From Patescibacteria group bacterium (GTDB lineage Bacteria; Patescibacteriota; Microgenomatia; UBA12405), in the NCBI GenBank assembly GCA_038062455.1, contig JBBTXE010000001.1, positions 58,371 to 122,370 on the forward strand: a stretch of DNA of 64,000 bases. The letters are read 5' to 3'. The position numbers and the translations under genes are program-made. The notes beneath the pieces are model-generated. The model was not told the DNA's origin, searched no databases, and saw nothing but the letters and a program-made list of their open reading frames with translations. Position 1 is the first letter of the stretch. Every line of letters begins with the position of its first letter. This document shows positions 42,556 to 52,024 of this stretch, one piece after another.

Positions 42556-44667
42556 ATGCCCGATGCGATTCAAGTCACCAAAAACCGGATTGTAACCATG
42601 GACAAGGTCCGAAACATCGGTATTATTGCCCATATAGACGGCGGCAAAACTACCACCACCGAACGTCTCCTTTTCTATACCGGCAAAATTCACAAAATCG
42701 GTTCCGTCGATGAAGGTACTACTACCACCGATTCCATGATTCAGGAGCGGGAGCGGGGGATTACTATCCAGTCTGCCTGTATCACTACCTTTTGGAAACA
42801 ATACCGTATTAACATTATTGACACTCCCGGCCATGTTGACTTTACTGCCGAGGTTGAACGTTCTCTTCGGGTGTTGGATGGCGCCATTATGATTTTTGAC
42901 GGTAACGCCGGTGTTCAGGCCCAATCCGAAACCGTTTGGCGCCAAGCCGACAAATATGGAGTTCCCAGAATTGCCTTTGTCAATAAAATGGACAAAATCG
43001 GTGCCTCTTTTACCAAAACCCTAGACTCCATCACCCAAAAACTCCGAGCTCCGATTGTGCCGGTAGTTATCCCGGTCGGTGAAGAGCATGCCCATATCGG
43101 AGTCATCGACCTAATGGAAATGAAAATGATTGTTTACGACAAAGATCCCGAGGGTATGGAATTCAGTGTCAAAGAAATTTCTCCGGAATATGCCAAAACG
43201 GCGAAAATTGCCCGGGCCCACATGGTCGAAAAAATTTCCGGTGTGAATGATTTGTTGATGGAGAAATTTCTAAATAACCAGGATATTTCTGTTCTCGAAC
43301 TTAAATCCGCTCTCCGTCAAGCCACTATTGCCCGCAAACTCTTTCCGGTTTTTTGTGGCGCCGCTTGGCGTAACAAAGGTATTCATCCGATTCTTGACGC
43401 TATTATTGACTATTTACCATCTCCTGTCGATTTGCCCCCAATCGAAGGTTTTGATGTCAACGGTGGTGACAAAATCACCCGAAAACCGGAAAACAATGAT
43501 CCTTTTTCCGGTCTCTTATTTAAAGTCCAATCCGATCCCCACGTTGGCACTCTATCTTATGTCCGGGTTTATTCCGGCGTGGTCAAATCCGGCTCTGAAG
43601 TCTATAACTCTACCCGCCAAAAAAGTGAACGTATCGGCCGCCTATTATTAATGCATGCCGACAAAAGGGAGGGGATTGAGGAAGGTTTTGCCGGAGAAAT
43701 TATTGCTTGTATTGGCCTCAAAGAATCCTACACCGGCGACACTCTCTGCGACAAATTTGCCCCCATTTCCCTGTCTCCGATTCAATTTCCCGATCCGGTA
43801 ATCTCACTTTCTATCGAACCGGAAACAACCGATGATCAGGAAAAAATGAGTCAAGCCCTCAACCGGCTGAGTCAGGAAGATCCCACTTTTAAAGTTTCCT
43901 ACAATCAGGAAACCGGTCAATCAATTATTGCCGGTATGGGTGAACTGTATCTGGAAATTATCGTTGACCGTCTCAAGCGTGAATTTGGCGTCAATGTTAA
44001 AACCGGTGTCCCCCAAGTGGCCTACCGGGAAACTATTTCGGCTCACGCCGAAGGCGAGGGAAAATATATCCATCAGTCCGGCGGTCATGGTCAATATGGC
44101 CACTGTAAAATCAAAGTCGAACCCAAAAACCGCGGTGAAGGGATTGAATTTGTCAATGCTATCAAAGGTGGAGCCATTCCCGGCAACTTTATTCCGGCTA
44201 TTGAAAAAGGAGTCCGGGAAACTTTAACTAAGGGAATTATTGCCGGTTATCCGGCAACCGATATTAAAGTTACCGTCTTTGATGGTTCCTACCATGATGT
44301 TGACTCTTCGGAACAGGCCTTTAAATTAGCCGGGTCCTACGCCATCAAAGACGCCTTTATTTTAGCCAGCCCCATAGTTCTCGAGCCCATCATGAAAATG
44401 GAGGTAGCCACTCCCTCCGACTTTTTAGGCACTGTTATCGGCGATCTTTCTTCCCGACGCGGTCAAATTGGCGGTACTACCGATTCTTTTGGTTTCACCA
44501 TCGTCAATGTCACTATTCCTCTAGAAGCTGTTCGCGGCTACGCCACCGTCATTCGGTCACTCACTCAAGGCCGCGGTTCTTTTTACATGGAACCCAGCCA
44601 CTACGATCCCGTCCCCCGCGATATCCAGGAAAAACTGACCATCAAAACTTCTGACAAAAAAGAATAA
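42556..44667 (+). CDS. fusA: translation elongation factor G
   Basis: 703 aa. AHIDGGKTTTTE, DTPGHVDF, NKMD GTPase motifs and domains II-V. Confidence 0.97.
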   Translation: MPDAIQVTKNRIVTMDKVRNIGIIAHIDGGKTTTTERLLFYTGKIHKIGSVDEGTTTTDSMIQERERGITIQSACITTFWKQYRINIIDTPGHVDFTAEVERSLRVLDGAIMIFDGNAGVQAQSETVWRQADKYGVPRIAFVNKMDKIGASFTKTLDSITQKLRAPIVPVVIPVGEEHAHIGVIDLMEMKMIVYDKDPEGMEFSVKEISPEYAKTAKIARAHMVEKISGVNDLLMEKFLNNQDISVLELKSALRQATIARKLFPVFCGAAWRNKGIHPILDAIIDYLPSPVDLPPIEGFDVNGGDKITRKPENNDPFSGLLFKVQSDPHVGTLSYVRVYSGVVKSGSEVYNSTRQKSERIGRLLLMHADKREGIEEGFAGEIIACIGLKESYTGDTLCDKFAPISLSPIQFPDPVISLSIEPETTDDQEKMSQALNRLSQEDPTFKVSYNQETGQSIIAGMGELYLEIIVDRLKREFGVNVKTGVPQVAYRETISAHAEGEGKYIHQSGGHGQYGHCKIKVEPKNRGEGIEFVNAIKGGAIPGNFIPAIEKGVRETLTKGIIAGYPATDIKVTVFDGSYHDVDSSEQAFKLAGSYAIKDAFILASPIVLEPIMKMEVATPSDFLGTVIGDLSSRRGQIGGTTDSFGFTIVNVTIPLEAVRGYATVIRSLTQGRGSFYMEPSHYDPVPRDIQEKLTIKTSDKKE

Positions 44668-44675
44668 AATGTTCT

Positions 44676-45278
44676 GTGGTCGTTGACGATCCTTTTCGTT
44701 TTGCTGATAAATTTGCCGTCAAATCATCCCGTTTACCAAATTGGGACTACTCATCTCCCGGAATATATTTCAATACTATTTGCACTCTCAATCACAATAA
44801 TTTCTTTGGAAAAATTGTTGATAATAAAATGGTTTTGTCGACTTGCGGTCAGATTGCTCGCGATGAATTAATTAAAACAATTCAAATTCGAAACAATATT
44901 TCCATCGACCTGTGGGTAATAATGCCCAACCATATTCATCTGTTAATCACCATTTATGATTGTCATGTAGAGACGCCCCGCGGGGCGTCTCTACGAATAA
45001 ACCCCACGTCTCTACAGCAAAATAAAGTGATAACCATATCTCAAGAAAAACGCGAGTTGTTTCAGAGGTTAAATACCAAATCAAATCAAATAGTCCCGAA
45101 AATGATTAATCAATTTAAATCACGTGTCACTCTGGTTTGCAGACAAAACAATTTCTTTTTCGCCTGGCAATCTCGTTTTTATGATGAAATCATCAAAGAC
45201 AATCAACGGTTTATGGTAGTTAAACACTATATTCAAAACAATATTGCTAACTGGAACAAAGATAAATTCTATCGATAA
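44676..45278 (+). CDS. IS200/IS605-like HUH Y1 transposase, REP-associated (RayT-like)
   Basis: HUH motif PNHIHLL and the catalytic Tyr region WQSRFYDEII. Flanked by, and interrupted in-frame by, 28-bp palindromes. The GTG start is uncertain. Confidence 0.7.
   Translation: MVVDDPFRFADKFAVKSSRLPNWDYSSPGIYFNTICTLNHNNFFGKIVDNKMVLSTCGQIARDELIKTIQIRNNISIDLWVIMPNHIHLLITIYDCHVETPRGASLRINPTSLQQNKVITISQEKRELFQRLNTKSNQIVPKMINQFKSRVTLVCRQNNFFFAWQSRFYDEIIKDNQRFMVVKHYIQNNIANWNKDKFYR
44967..44994. repeat. REP-like perfect 28-bp palindrome GTAGAGACGCCCCGCGGGGCGTCTCTAC (inside the RayT-like ORF)
   Basis: Self-complementary. Translated as VETPRGASL. The next ~22 nt resemble the sequence following the 45285 copy. 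Confidence 0.9.
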
Positions 45279-45284
45279 TAATCC

Positions 45285-45312
45285 GTAGAGACGCCCCGCG
45301 GGGCGTCTCTAC
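45285..45312. repeat. REP-like perfect 28-bp palindrome (downstream of the RayT-like ORF)
   Basis: Identical to 44967-44994. Confidence 0.9.
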
Positions 45313-45440
45313 AACTAACCCCCACATCTTTACTGATTTGAATTGATAAGAGAAATTGTAAATCAGCCATATTGCAAAGCTAGCCACCTACTGATACAAT
45401 TCTAAAGCGTTTTCCGCTATTTCTTAATGGTGGGATAATG

Positions 45441-45446
45441 TATAAT
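45441..45446 (+). promoter_or_regulatory. candidate -10 box (TATAAT) upstream of tuf
   Basis: Exact hexamer 55 nt upstream of the tuf ATG. No convincing -35 element. Confidence 0.25.
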
Positions 45447-45501
45447 CTTAATTGTTATAAATTTTCCGAAAAATCGGAAGACATTTTAAAACTAAAAAAA
45501 T

Positions 45502-46674
45502 ATGGCAGGCACATATCAAAGAACCAAGCCCCATGTTAATGTCGGCACTATCGGTCACGTTGACCATGGTAAGACTACCTTAACTGCGGCTATTACAAAA
45601 ATTCAGGGGAATCCCAAGTCCTATGCGGATATTGCTAAGGGTGGAACCGTTCGTGACGCTAGCAAAATCGTTACCATCGCTATCTCTCACGTTGAATACG
45701 AGACTGCCAAAAGGCACTATGCCCACATCGATTGTCCCGGTCACGCTGATTATGTCAAAAACATGATCACCGGTGCCGCTCAAATGGACGGTGCTATTCT
45801 CGTCGTTTCTGCTCCTGACGGCCCCATGCCTCAAACCCGTGAGCACGTATTGCTTGCCAAACAAGTCAATGTCCCGGCTCTGGTGGTTTATCTTAACAAG
45901 TGTGATTTAGTCACTGATCCGGAATTCTTAGATCTCGTCGAAATGGAAATCCGCGATCTTCTCAAGAAATATCAATATCCGGGTGATGAAATCCCCATTA
46001 TTCGCGGTTCGGCTCTCAAGGCCCTTAACGGTGATGCCGACGGGATTGAATCCATTAAAAAATTAATGGAAACCCTCGACACTTATATTTCCGAGCCCAA
46101 GCGCGAACTTGACCAGCCCTTTTTGATGCCTATCGAGGACGTTTTTTCCATTAAGGGTCGTGGCACCGTTGCCACCGGTCGTATCGAGCGTGGTGTTGTC
46201 AAAGTCAACGACGAAATTGAAGTTGTCGGCCTTCGCGACACCAAAAAGATCGTCGTCACCGGTGTGGAAATGTTCCACAAATCACTTGATCAGGGTCAGG
46301 CCGGCGACAATGTCGGTATTCTTCTCCGCGGTGTTGAAAAAGACGATATCGAACGCGGCCAGGTTTTGGCCAAAATCGGTACCATCACTCCTCACACCGA
46401 GTTTAAAGCCGAAATCTATTTACTTAAAAAAGAGGAAGGCGGTCGTCACACTCCGGTTTTTACCGGTTACCGGCCCCAGGTATTTATTCGGACCACCGAT
46501 GTTACCGGTGAAGTTACTCTTCCCGAGGGAGTAGAGATGGTTATGCCGGGAGATAATGCCAATGTTTTGGTTAAATTAATCAAAGCTGTCGCCATGGAAA
46601 AAGGTCAGCGCTTCGCTATCCGCGAGGGCGGTCTGACCGTTGGTGCCGGTGCTATCACCGAAATTATTAAATAA
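45502..46674 (+). CDS. tuf: translation elongation factor Tu
   Basis: 390 aa. [22 protein letters not shown] motifs. Confidence 0.98.
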   Translation: MAGTYQRTKPHVNVGTIGHVDHGKTTLTAAITKIQGNPKSYADIAKGGTVRDASKIVTIAISHVEYETAKRHYAHIDCPGHADYVKNMITGAAQMDGAILVVSAPDGPMPQTREHVLLAKQVNVPALVVYLNKCDLVTDPEFLDLVEMEIRDLLKKYQYPGDEIPIIRGSALKALNGDADGIESIKKLMETLDTYISEPKRELDQPFLMPIEDVFSIKGRGTVATGRIERGVVKVNDEIEVVGLRDTKKIVVTGVEMFHKSLDQGQAGDNVGILLRGVEKDDIERGQVLAKIGTITPHTEFKAEIYLLKKEEGGRHTPVFTGYRPQVFIRTTDVTGEVTLPEGVEMVMPGDNANVLVKLIKAVAMEKGQRFAIREGGLTVGAGAITEIIK

Positions 46675-46681
46675 AATCAAA

Positions 46682-46699
46682 CCCCCGCTTCGGCGGGGG
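46682..46699 (+). terminator. GC-rich hairpin after tuf (CCCCCGC-TTCG-GCGGGGG)
   Basis: 7-bp GC stem with a TTCG tetraloop 8 nt after the tuf stop. The downstream tract is A/T-rich, though not a pure T-run. Confidence 0.5.
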
Positions 46700-46798
46700 G
46701 AATAATTTAAAAAATAAATTAATAATTAATAATTTAAAAAAATAAGTTCGATTTCTTTAGACATTAGAAATTAGGATTTAGAAATTTTTTGTATTAGT

Positions 46799-47110
46799 AT
46801 GGCTAAAGGTACCCGTATTCGAATTCGACTCAAGTCTTTTGACCATCGCCTCATTGATGAGGCAGCGGTCAAAATTGTCGAAGCTGCCGTTACCGCCGGC
46901 GCCAGTGTCCAGGGACCCATTCCTCTTCCTACCAGCCGTAAACTTATTACTGTTTTGACTAGCCCTCATACCGATAAAAACGCCCGTGAACACTATCAGA
47001 TCTTAACCCACAAACGCCTTATTGATATTATTAGTGCCAGTCTACGTACTGTTGACAGCCTTCAACATTTGGATCTACCCTCCGGAGTCGAAGTCGAAGT
47101 TAAAATGTAA
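46799..47110 (+). CDS. rpsJ: 30S ribosomal protein S10
   Basis: [14 protein letters not shown]...GPIPLPT signature; first gene of the S10 operon. Confidence 0.97.
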   Translation: MAKGTRIRIRLKSFDHRLIDEAAVKIVEAAVTAGASVQGPIPLPTSRKLITVLTSPHTDKNAREHYQILTHKRLIDIISASLRTVDSLQHLDLPSGVEVEVKM

Positions 47111-47118
47111 TTTTTCCC

Positions 47119-47685
47119 ATGATTTCAGGATTTATCGCCAAAAAGAAGGCAATGACCAGTGTTTATAGCCCTGAGGGTAAACGGATTGGGGTGACCGCAC
47201 TTCTAGCCAAACCCGTCAAAGTCAGTAGCCTTAAAACCGTTACCAAAAATGGTTATCAGGCTGTAGAGGTCGCCTTCGGCGTCAAAGGCCATAAGGAATT
47301 TTCCCCCATCTCTGAGACTTTCCCTGAAATAAACACCGAAATTTCAGTTGATTTGGTTTTTTCCCCCGGCGATATCGTTACTGCCACCGCCAAAACTAAA
47401 GGTCGCGGTTTTGCCGGTGTTATTAAAAGATGGGGTTTTCACCGTCAGCCGGTATCCGGCGGACAATCAGATCGGGTCCGGGCCCCCGGTTCAATCGGCG
47501 CCCAAACCCCGGGTAAAGTCATTAAGGGTAAAAAAATGCCGGGACATTATGGCAATGCCACCAAAACAATTACCGGCCTAAAAATTGTGTCTTTAAATAA
47601 AGAAACACATTTAATTTACGTTAGTGGTTCAGTTCCCGGAGCTTTCAATTCCTGGGTCACTCTCAAAAAAGTTCATGAAAACTGA
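47119..47685 (+). CDS. rplC: 50S ribosomal protein L3 (short, 188 aa)
   Basis: KGRGFAGVIKRWGF...GSIG motifs; operon position. Confidence 0.93.
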   Translation: MISGFIAKKKAMTSVYSPEGKRIGVTALLAKPVKVSSLKTVTKNGYQAVEVAFGVKGHKEFSPISETFPEINTEISVDLVFSPGDIVTATAKTKGRGFAGVIKRWGFHRQPVSGGQSDRVRAPGSIGAQTPGKVIKGKKMPGHYGNATKTITGLKIVSLNKETHLIYVSGSVPGAFNSWVTLKKVHEN

Positions 47686-48307
47686 TTTATACAATCTAAA
47701 AGGGGAAAAAATCGGGGATTTGACTCTTCCCAAATCCGTCTTCGGGGCCAAAATAAACGAAACCTTAATTTCCCAAGCCATTCGGGTTCTATTAAGCCGT
47801 CGCCGGAGTGCTCATGCTAAAACCAAACACCGCGGCGAGGTTGCCGGAAGCACTAAAAAAATGTGGGCCCAAAAAGGTACCGGTAGAGCCCGACATAGTA
47901 CTGCCAAAGCTCCTCAATTTGTCGGTGGAGGCAGCGCCCACGGACCCCGGGGCAATCGAAACTTCACCCTCAAGCTAACCAAAAGAATGAAAGTTGTCGC
48001 TCTCAAATCCGTTCTCTCCAAATTTGCCAAAGAAAAAGCGCTGCTGGCCATTGATAAAATCAGCCGCCTTTCTCCCAAGACTAAAGTTGCCCAAAATTTG
48101 GTTTACAAACTGGAAGAAGCCAACAAACTATTAGCCGACAGCCGCCGGATTGGGATTGTCACTACCGCTACTCTACCGTCGGTCAAACGGGCCTTTGGAA
48201 ATATACCGGGTCTTACCCTACTTTCTTTATCTTCCCTCAACCCCTACAATTTATCGTCTCAAAATTTTCTCATCTTTACCAAGAAAGCTATTAATAAACT
48301 AAAATAA
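47675..48307 (+). CDS. rplD: 50S ribosomal protein L4
   Basis: Internal ATG giving MKTDLYNLKGEKIG...; the KKMWAQKGTGRARH motif. The longer 47624 start overlaps rplC. Confidence 0.92.
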   Translation: MKTDLYNLKGEKIGDLTLPKSVFGAKINETLISQAIRVLLSRRRSAHAKTKHRGEVAGSTKKMWAQKGTGRARHSTAKAPQFVGGGSAHGPRGNRNFTLKLTKRMKVVALKSVLSKFAKEKALLAIDKISRLSPKTKVAQNLVYKLEEANKLLADSRRIGIVTTATLPSVKRAFGNIPGLTLLSLSSLNPYNLSSQNFLIFTKKAINKLK

Positions 48308-48309
48308 TC

Positions 48310-48597
48310 ATGTATTTAAAACGACCTCTTATTACCGAGAAAGCCATTACTGCCCAAAGTAAAGGGAAATATTCTTTTGTGGTTGAATTTGGTGCCTCCA
48401 AGGGTCAAATATTTAACGAATTTTTTCACTATTTTGGAATTAAACCTCAAAAAGTAAACACCTATCGGATTAAAGGTAAAGTCAAAACCAATTGGAAAAC
48501 CCGAAAATCCTCCCCCCGCCCCGACATTAAAAAAGCCGTAGTTACCATTTCCCGGGATCAGAAAATTGATCTTTTAACCCTAAAAAATGAGAAATAA
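48310..48597 (+). CDS. rplW: 50S ribosomal protein L23
   Basis: LKRPLITEKA...KYSFVV pattern; operon position. Confidence 0.9.
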   Translation: MYLKRPLITEKAITAQSKGKYSFVVEFGASKGQIFNEFFHYFGIKPQKVNTYRIKGKVKTNWKTRKSSPRPDIKKAVVTISRDQKIDLLTLKNEK

Positions 48598-49327
48598 ATT
48601 ATTTTCTATCAAAAAGAAACAAAGCGGCCGCGACGCCAGAGGCCATGTCTCTGTCCGACACCGTGGCGGCGAACACAAACGCTTTTTGCGTCTCCTCGAT
48701 TGGCAAAGAGCCAAGAAGGACATCAAGGCTAAGGTCACCTCTATTGAATATGATCCCAATCGTACCGCTTCTATCGCTCTTCTTACCTATTCAGACGGCG
48801 CTAAAAAATATATTCTGGCCAGCAGTCTTTTAAAACTTGGCGATGTGGTTGTTTATTCCGATACCGCTCCTATCAAAGACGGCAACAAATTGCCTCTAAA
48901 AAACATCCCCGTTGGTACTCCTTTTCATTGTTTGGAATACCGGCCCGGTTCTCAAGCCCAAATAATTAAAAGCGCCGGCTCCGCCGCTTATCTTCAAAGT
49001 ATTGATGGGCACATCGCCATCGTCAAATTACCCTCCGGTGAACTTAGAATATTTTCCAGTAACTGTACCGCCGTTATCGGCCAAGTTAGCAATGTCGACC
49101 ACTCCAATCAAAAAATGACCAAAGCCGGAGATTCCCGCCATCGGGGAATTCGTCCCGCTGTTCGCGGTGTGGCCCAGAATCCCCGTTCCCACCCCCATGG
49201 CGGCGGTGAGGGTCGGTCCTCAATCGGTATGAATCCTAAGACTCCTTGGGGTAAAGTTGCCATGGGCAAAAAAACCCGAAAACACAAAAAACATTCCAAC
49301 CGGTTAATTATTAAAAGAAGGAAGTAA
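48587..49327 (+). CDS. rplB: 50S ribosomal protein L2 (N-terminally short, 246 aa)
   Basis: VRHRGGEHKRFLR, IEYDPNRTA, and a C-terminal GGGEGRS motif. Confidence 0.93.
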   Translation: MRNKLFSIKKKQSGRDARGHVSVRHRGGEHKRFLRLLDWQRAKKDIKAKVTSIEYDPNRTASIALLTYSDGAKKYILASSLLKLGDVVVYSDTAPIKDGNKLPLKNIPVGTPFHCLEYRPGSQAQIIKSAGSAAYLQSIDGHIAIVKLPSGELRIFSSNCTAVIGQVSNVDHSNQKMTKAGDSRHRGIRPAVRGVAQNPRSHPHGGGEGRSSIGMNPKTPWGKVAMGKKTRKHKKHSNRLIIKRRK

Positions 49328-49338
49328 TCTATCAATTA

Positions 49339-49373
49339 ATTCGTAATTCGTAATTCGTAATTGATAATTAATT
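49339..49373 (+). repeat. heptanucleotide tandem array: ATTCGTA x3, ATTGATA, ATTAATT
   Basis: Ends 4 nt before the rpsS ATG. Shares a 23-nt stretch (attcgtaattcgtaattgataatta) with the 53477 array. Confidence 0.85.
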
Positions 49374-49377
49374 AAAT

Positions 49378-49647
49378 ATGTCCCGCTCCAGCAAAAAAGG
49401 TCCCTATATTGATCCCCGGCTTTTAGAAAAGATTGCCAAAACCAAAGAGGTTATCAATACCTATTCCCGCCGTTGTCAGGTTGCTCCTGAATTTGTTGGT
49501 CGCACCTTTGGAGTTCATAATGGTCGAAAGTTCATTAGTGTTTATATTACCGAAGACATGGTCGGCCACCGCCTGGGTGAATTTTCACCCACCCGTACCT
49601 TTAAAGGTCACGGTCGGGTGGTCAAGCGGGTTATTGAAAAAACCTAA
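49378..49647 (+). CDS. rpsS: 30S ribosomal protein S19
   Basis: [12 protein letters not shown]...[16 protein letters not shown]. Confidence 0.96.
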   Translation: MSRSSKKGPYIDPRLLEKIAKTKEVINTYSRRCQVAPEFVGRTFGVHNGRKFISVYITEDMVGHRLGEFSPTRTFKGHGRVVKRVIEKT

Positions 49648-49654
49648 AAATTAT

Positions 49655-50056
49655 ATGACTACTGTTAAAACTAAAATTACTGCTCCAAAAGTTGTGGCGT
49701 CTCCGGTGTTTAAAGAATCAATATTTATTGACAAAAATCTTCAGATTTCTCCCCGTAAACTCCGGCTACTTGTCAACACTATCAAAAAACTTTCGGTATT
49801 ATCGGTTCTTCCCCGTCTGCAATTAACCAATACCAAAGCCGCCAGGATTTTAACCAAGAGCCTAAAGACTGCCGTTGCCACTGCCAAAAATAACTATAAA
49901 CTTTCCCCCGACACTCTCTCTTTCGTCTCTTTTAAAGTTGATGAAGGTCCTAAAACCAAACGAATGGACAAATCTCACGGATCCCGCTTTGCCCGTGGTA
50001 TCATCACCCGTCGCCACAGTCGTTTAACCATTGTCCTTCGAGGGCAAACTAAATAA
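49655..50056 (+). CDS. rplV: 50S ribosomal protein L22
   Basis: Internal ATG after the rpsS stop; ISPRKLRLLVNTIK motif. The 49433 start would overlap rpsS out of frame. Confidence 0.9.
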   Translation: MTTVKTKITAPKVVASPVFKESIFIDKNLQISPRKLRLLVNTIKKLSVLSVLPRLQLTNTKAARILTKSLKTAVATAKNNYKLSPDTLSFVSFKVDEGPKTKRMDKSHGSRFARGIITRRHSRLTIVLRGQTK

Positions 50057-50066
50057 AAAATTAAAT

Positions 50067-50708
50067 ATGGGACAAAAAGTTAATCCTCTCTCATTCAGAT
50101 TAAAAACTTCACCTACTGCTCCCGAGTGGCAGTCTTCCTGGTTTGCCAATAAATATAAATATCCCATTCTTCTTCTCGAAGATAAACGCATCCGTGATTT
50201 TATTCAAAAAAAGCTTTCTTCTGCCGGTATTGTTTCTATCCGTATCGAGCGCTCGGTTAAAAAGATTAAAATTATTTTAGTTGTTAGTCGGCCGGGGTTG
50301 GTTATCGGCCGCGGCGGCAAAGAACTTGAAGCCTTAAAAAATGACATTCAAAAATTATTAACCCGCTCCTCTGCCAAAATAAACATTGATATTCAGGTTG
50401 AAGAGTTTAGAAATGTTGATTTTTCCGCCAAACTCATCGCCGAAAAAATATCTTATCAGCTTCAAAAACGCATGCCCCATCGCCGGGTTATTTTGGGAGC
50501 CATGGAAAAATCAATGGGTGCCGGGGCTAAAGGAATCAAAATTGTTCTTTCCGGTCGTATCAATGGTGCCGAAATTAGCCGTCGGGAGAAATTTTCCCAG
50601 GGAACCGTTCCCCTAAGCACTATCAAATCCCACATTGATTATTTTGAACAACCCTGTTTAACCCGCTCTGGCTATATCGGTATTAAAGTTTATCTTTGTT
50701 TAGCTTAA
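50067..50708 (+). CDS. rpsC: 30S ribosomal protein S3
   Basis: MGQKVNPLSFRL start; KH domain RPGLVIGRGGKE. Confidence 0.95.
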   Translation: MGQKVNPLSFRLKTSPTAPEWQSSWFANKYKYPILLLEDKRIRDFIQKKLSSAGIVSIRIERSVKKIKIILVVSRPGLVIGRGGKELEALKNDIQKLLTRSSAKINIDIQVEEFRNVDFSAKLIAEKISYQLQKRMPHRRVILGAMEKSMGAGAKGIKIVLSGRINGAEISRREKFSQGTVPLSTIKSHIDYFEQPCLTRSGYIGIKVYLCLA

Positions 50709-50750
50709 ATATGAATATATTTTTTATTTATTTAAATAATCAGCCTAACG

Positions 50751-50772
50751 CCCTGCCCTGTTAAGGGAAGGG
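50751..50772 (+). other. hairpin in the unusually long rpsC-rplP spacer (CCCTGCCCT-GTTA-AGGGAAGGG)
   Basis: 9-bp stem with one mismatch, followed by the purine-rich taggtgaagggtttaattt and then the ATG. Confidence 0.3.
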
Positions 50773-50791
50773 TAGGTGAAGGGTTTAATTT

Positions 50792-51196
50792 ATGTTACAA
50801 CCCGGTCGTACCAAATATCGAAAAGCCTTTCGGGGCAGGATGCGTGGTCTCTCGGCCGGCAATTTGGTCAACTTTGGTGACTACGGTCTCAAGGCCATGG
50901 CCTGCGGCTGGGTAACCAGCAACCAAATCGAAGCCGCCCGTCGGGCTATTACCCATGCTACTAAAAGAAATGGCCGGATGTGGATTAGAATTTTTCCCGA
51001 CAAACCTTTTACCCAAAAAGGCGCCGGCGCCCCCTTAGGTTCCGGCAAAGGCGATGTCAAAGGTTATGTTGCCGTTATCCGTCCCGGTCGGATTTTGTTC
51101 GAAGTTACTGGAATTCCTGAAAAAGAGGCTCATGAAGCTCTCCGATTGGCCGGTGCCAAATTGCCCATCGTTACCAAAATTGTTTCAAAACTATGA
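50792..51196 (+). CDS. rplP: 50S ribosomal protein L16
   Basis: MLQPGRTKYRKAFRGR start. Confidence 0.97.
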   Translation: MLQPGRTKYRKAFRGRMRGLSAGNLVNFGDYGLKAMACGWVTSNQIEAARRAITHATKRNGRMWIRIFPDKPFTQKGAGAPLGSGKGDVKGYVAVIRPGRILFEVTGIPEKEAHEALRLAGAKLPIVTKIVSKL

Positions 51197-51402
51197 AAAA
51201 ATCTGATAAAATAGCCATGACTTCCAAATCAACCACTGAACTTCAAAAAATCTTGGTTGAGAAAAATAAACAACTTTTTGAGGCCAAGGCCAAACAATTT
51301 TTAGGAAGTCTTAAGGATACCTCCATTTTTAAAAAAATCCGTTTTGAGATTGCCTTTGTCTCTTCTCTTATAAAACGTCACCAAAATGCCAGAACTAAAT
51401 AA
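51193..51402 (+). CDS. rpmC: 50S ribosomal protein L29
   Basis: 69 aa helical protein; TTELQKIL...LFEAKAK; operon position. Confidence 0.85.
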   Translation: MKKSDKIAMTSKSTTELQKILVEKNKQLFEAKAKQFLGSLKDTSIFKKIRFEIAFVSSLIKRHQNARTK

Positions 51403-51640
51403 AACCATCGGCAAAATATTTACAGGCAAAGTCGTCTCCGACAAGATGACCAATACTTTAGTGGTGTCCCTTGACTATAAATTCCGCCACCCCCGTTATC
51501 AAAAAATTGTCAAACGCCACCAAAAGATTTACGCTGAAAACAACCTAGGCGCCAAAGTGGGCGATATAGTCAAAGTCCGCGAAGTCCGGCCGCTAAGCCA
51601 CTTAAAAAGATTTACTACCGTTGAAATAATTAATAAATAA
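51386..51640 (+). CDS. rpsQ: 30S ribosomal protein S17
   Basis: GKVVSDKMTNTLVV...HPRYQKIVKR...VGDIVKVREVRPLS. Confidence 0.93.
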   Translation: MPELNKTIGKIFTGKVVSDKMTNTLVVSLDYKFRHPRYQKIVKRHQKIYAENNLGAKVGDIVKVREVRPLSHLKRFTTVEIINK

Positions 51641-51652
51641 CCGACTAACCAT

Positions 51653-52021
51653 ATGTTACAACTACGAACTATTATTAAACCGGCTGACAACTGCGGCGCC
51701 AAGTCCGTCCAAATAATGCATATCTACGTTGGTTCCAAACACAAACAGGCTGGTATCGGCGATATCGTATTAGGGGTAGTTAAAGAAGCTATCCCCAATG
51801 CTTTAGTCAAGAAAAAGGAAAAAGTCAGAGTAGTTATTGTTCGGACTAAAAAAGAAATAGGGCGGCGCGATGGTTCTTATATCCGTTTCAGCGACAACGC
51901 CGGTATAATCATCGACACCCAAAACAATCCCCGGGGTACCCGTATTTTTGGCCCAATTGCTCGGGAAATTAAAGATGCCGGTTTTAATAAAATTGCCTCT
52001 ATGGCCAGGGAGGTCTATTAA
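51653..52021 (+). CDS. rplN: 50S ribosomal protein L14
   Basis: MLQLRTIIKPADNCGAK...; 122 aa. Confidence 0.97.
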   Translation: MLQLRTIIKPADNCGAKSVQIMHIYVGSKHKQAGIGDIVLGVVKEAIPNALVKKKEKVRVVIVRTKKEIGRRDGSYIRFSDNAGIIIDTQNNPRGTRIFGPIAREIKDAGFNKIASMAREVY

Positions 52022-52024
52022 CTT

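Noticed and set aside
42526-42945. 139-aa minus-strand ORF overlapping the fusA start.
   Set aside because: It is antisense to the highly conserved EF-G GTPase domain. Its composition mirrors the sense strand, so it is not considered a gene.
46700-46760. AT-rich repeats after the tuf hairpin (aataatttaaaaaa appears twice; attagaaatt/atttagaaatt).
   Set aside because: This is very low-complexity A/T sequence, and similarity of this kind is expected by chance. It was not treated as a defined element.
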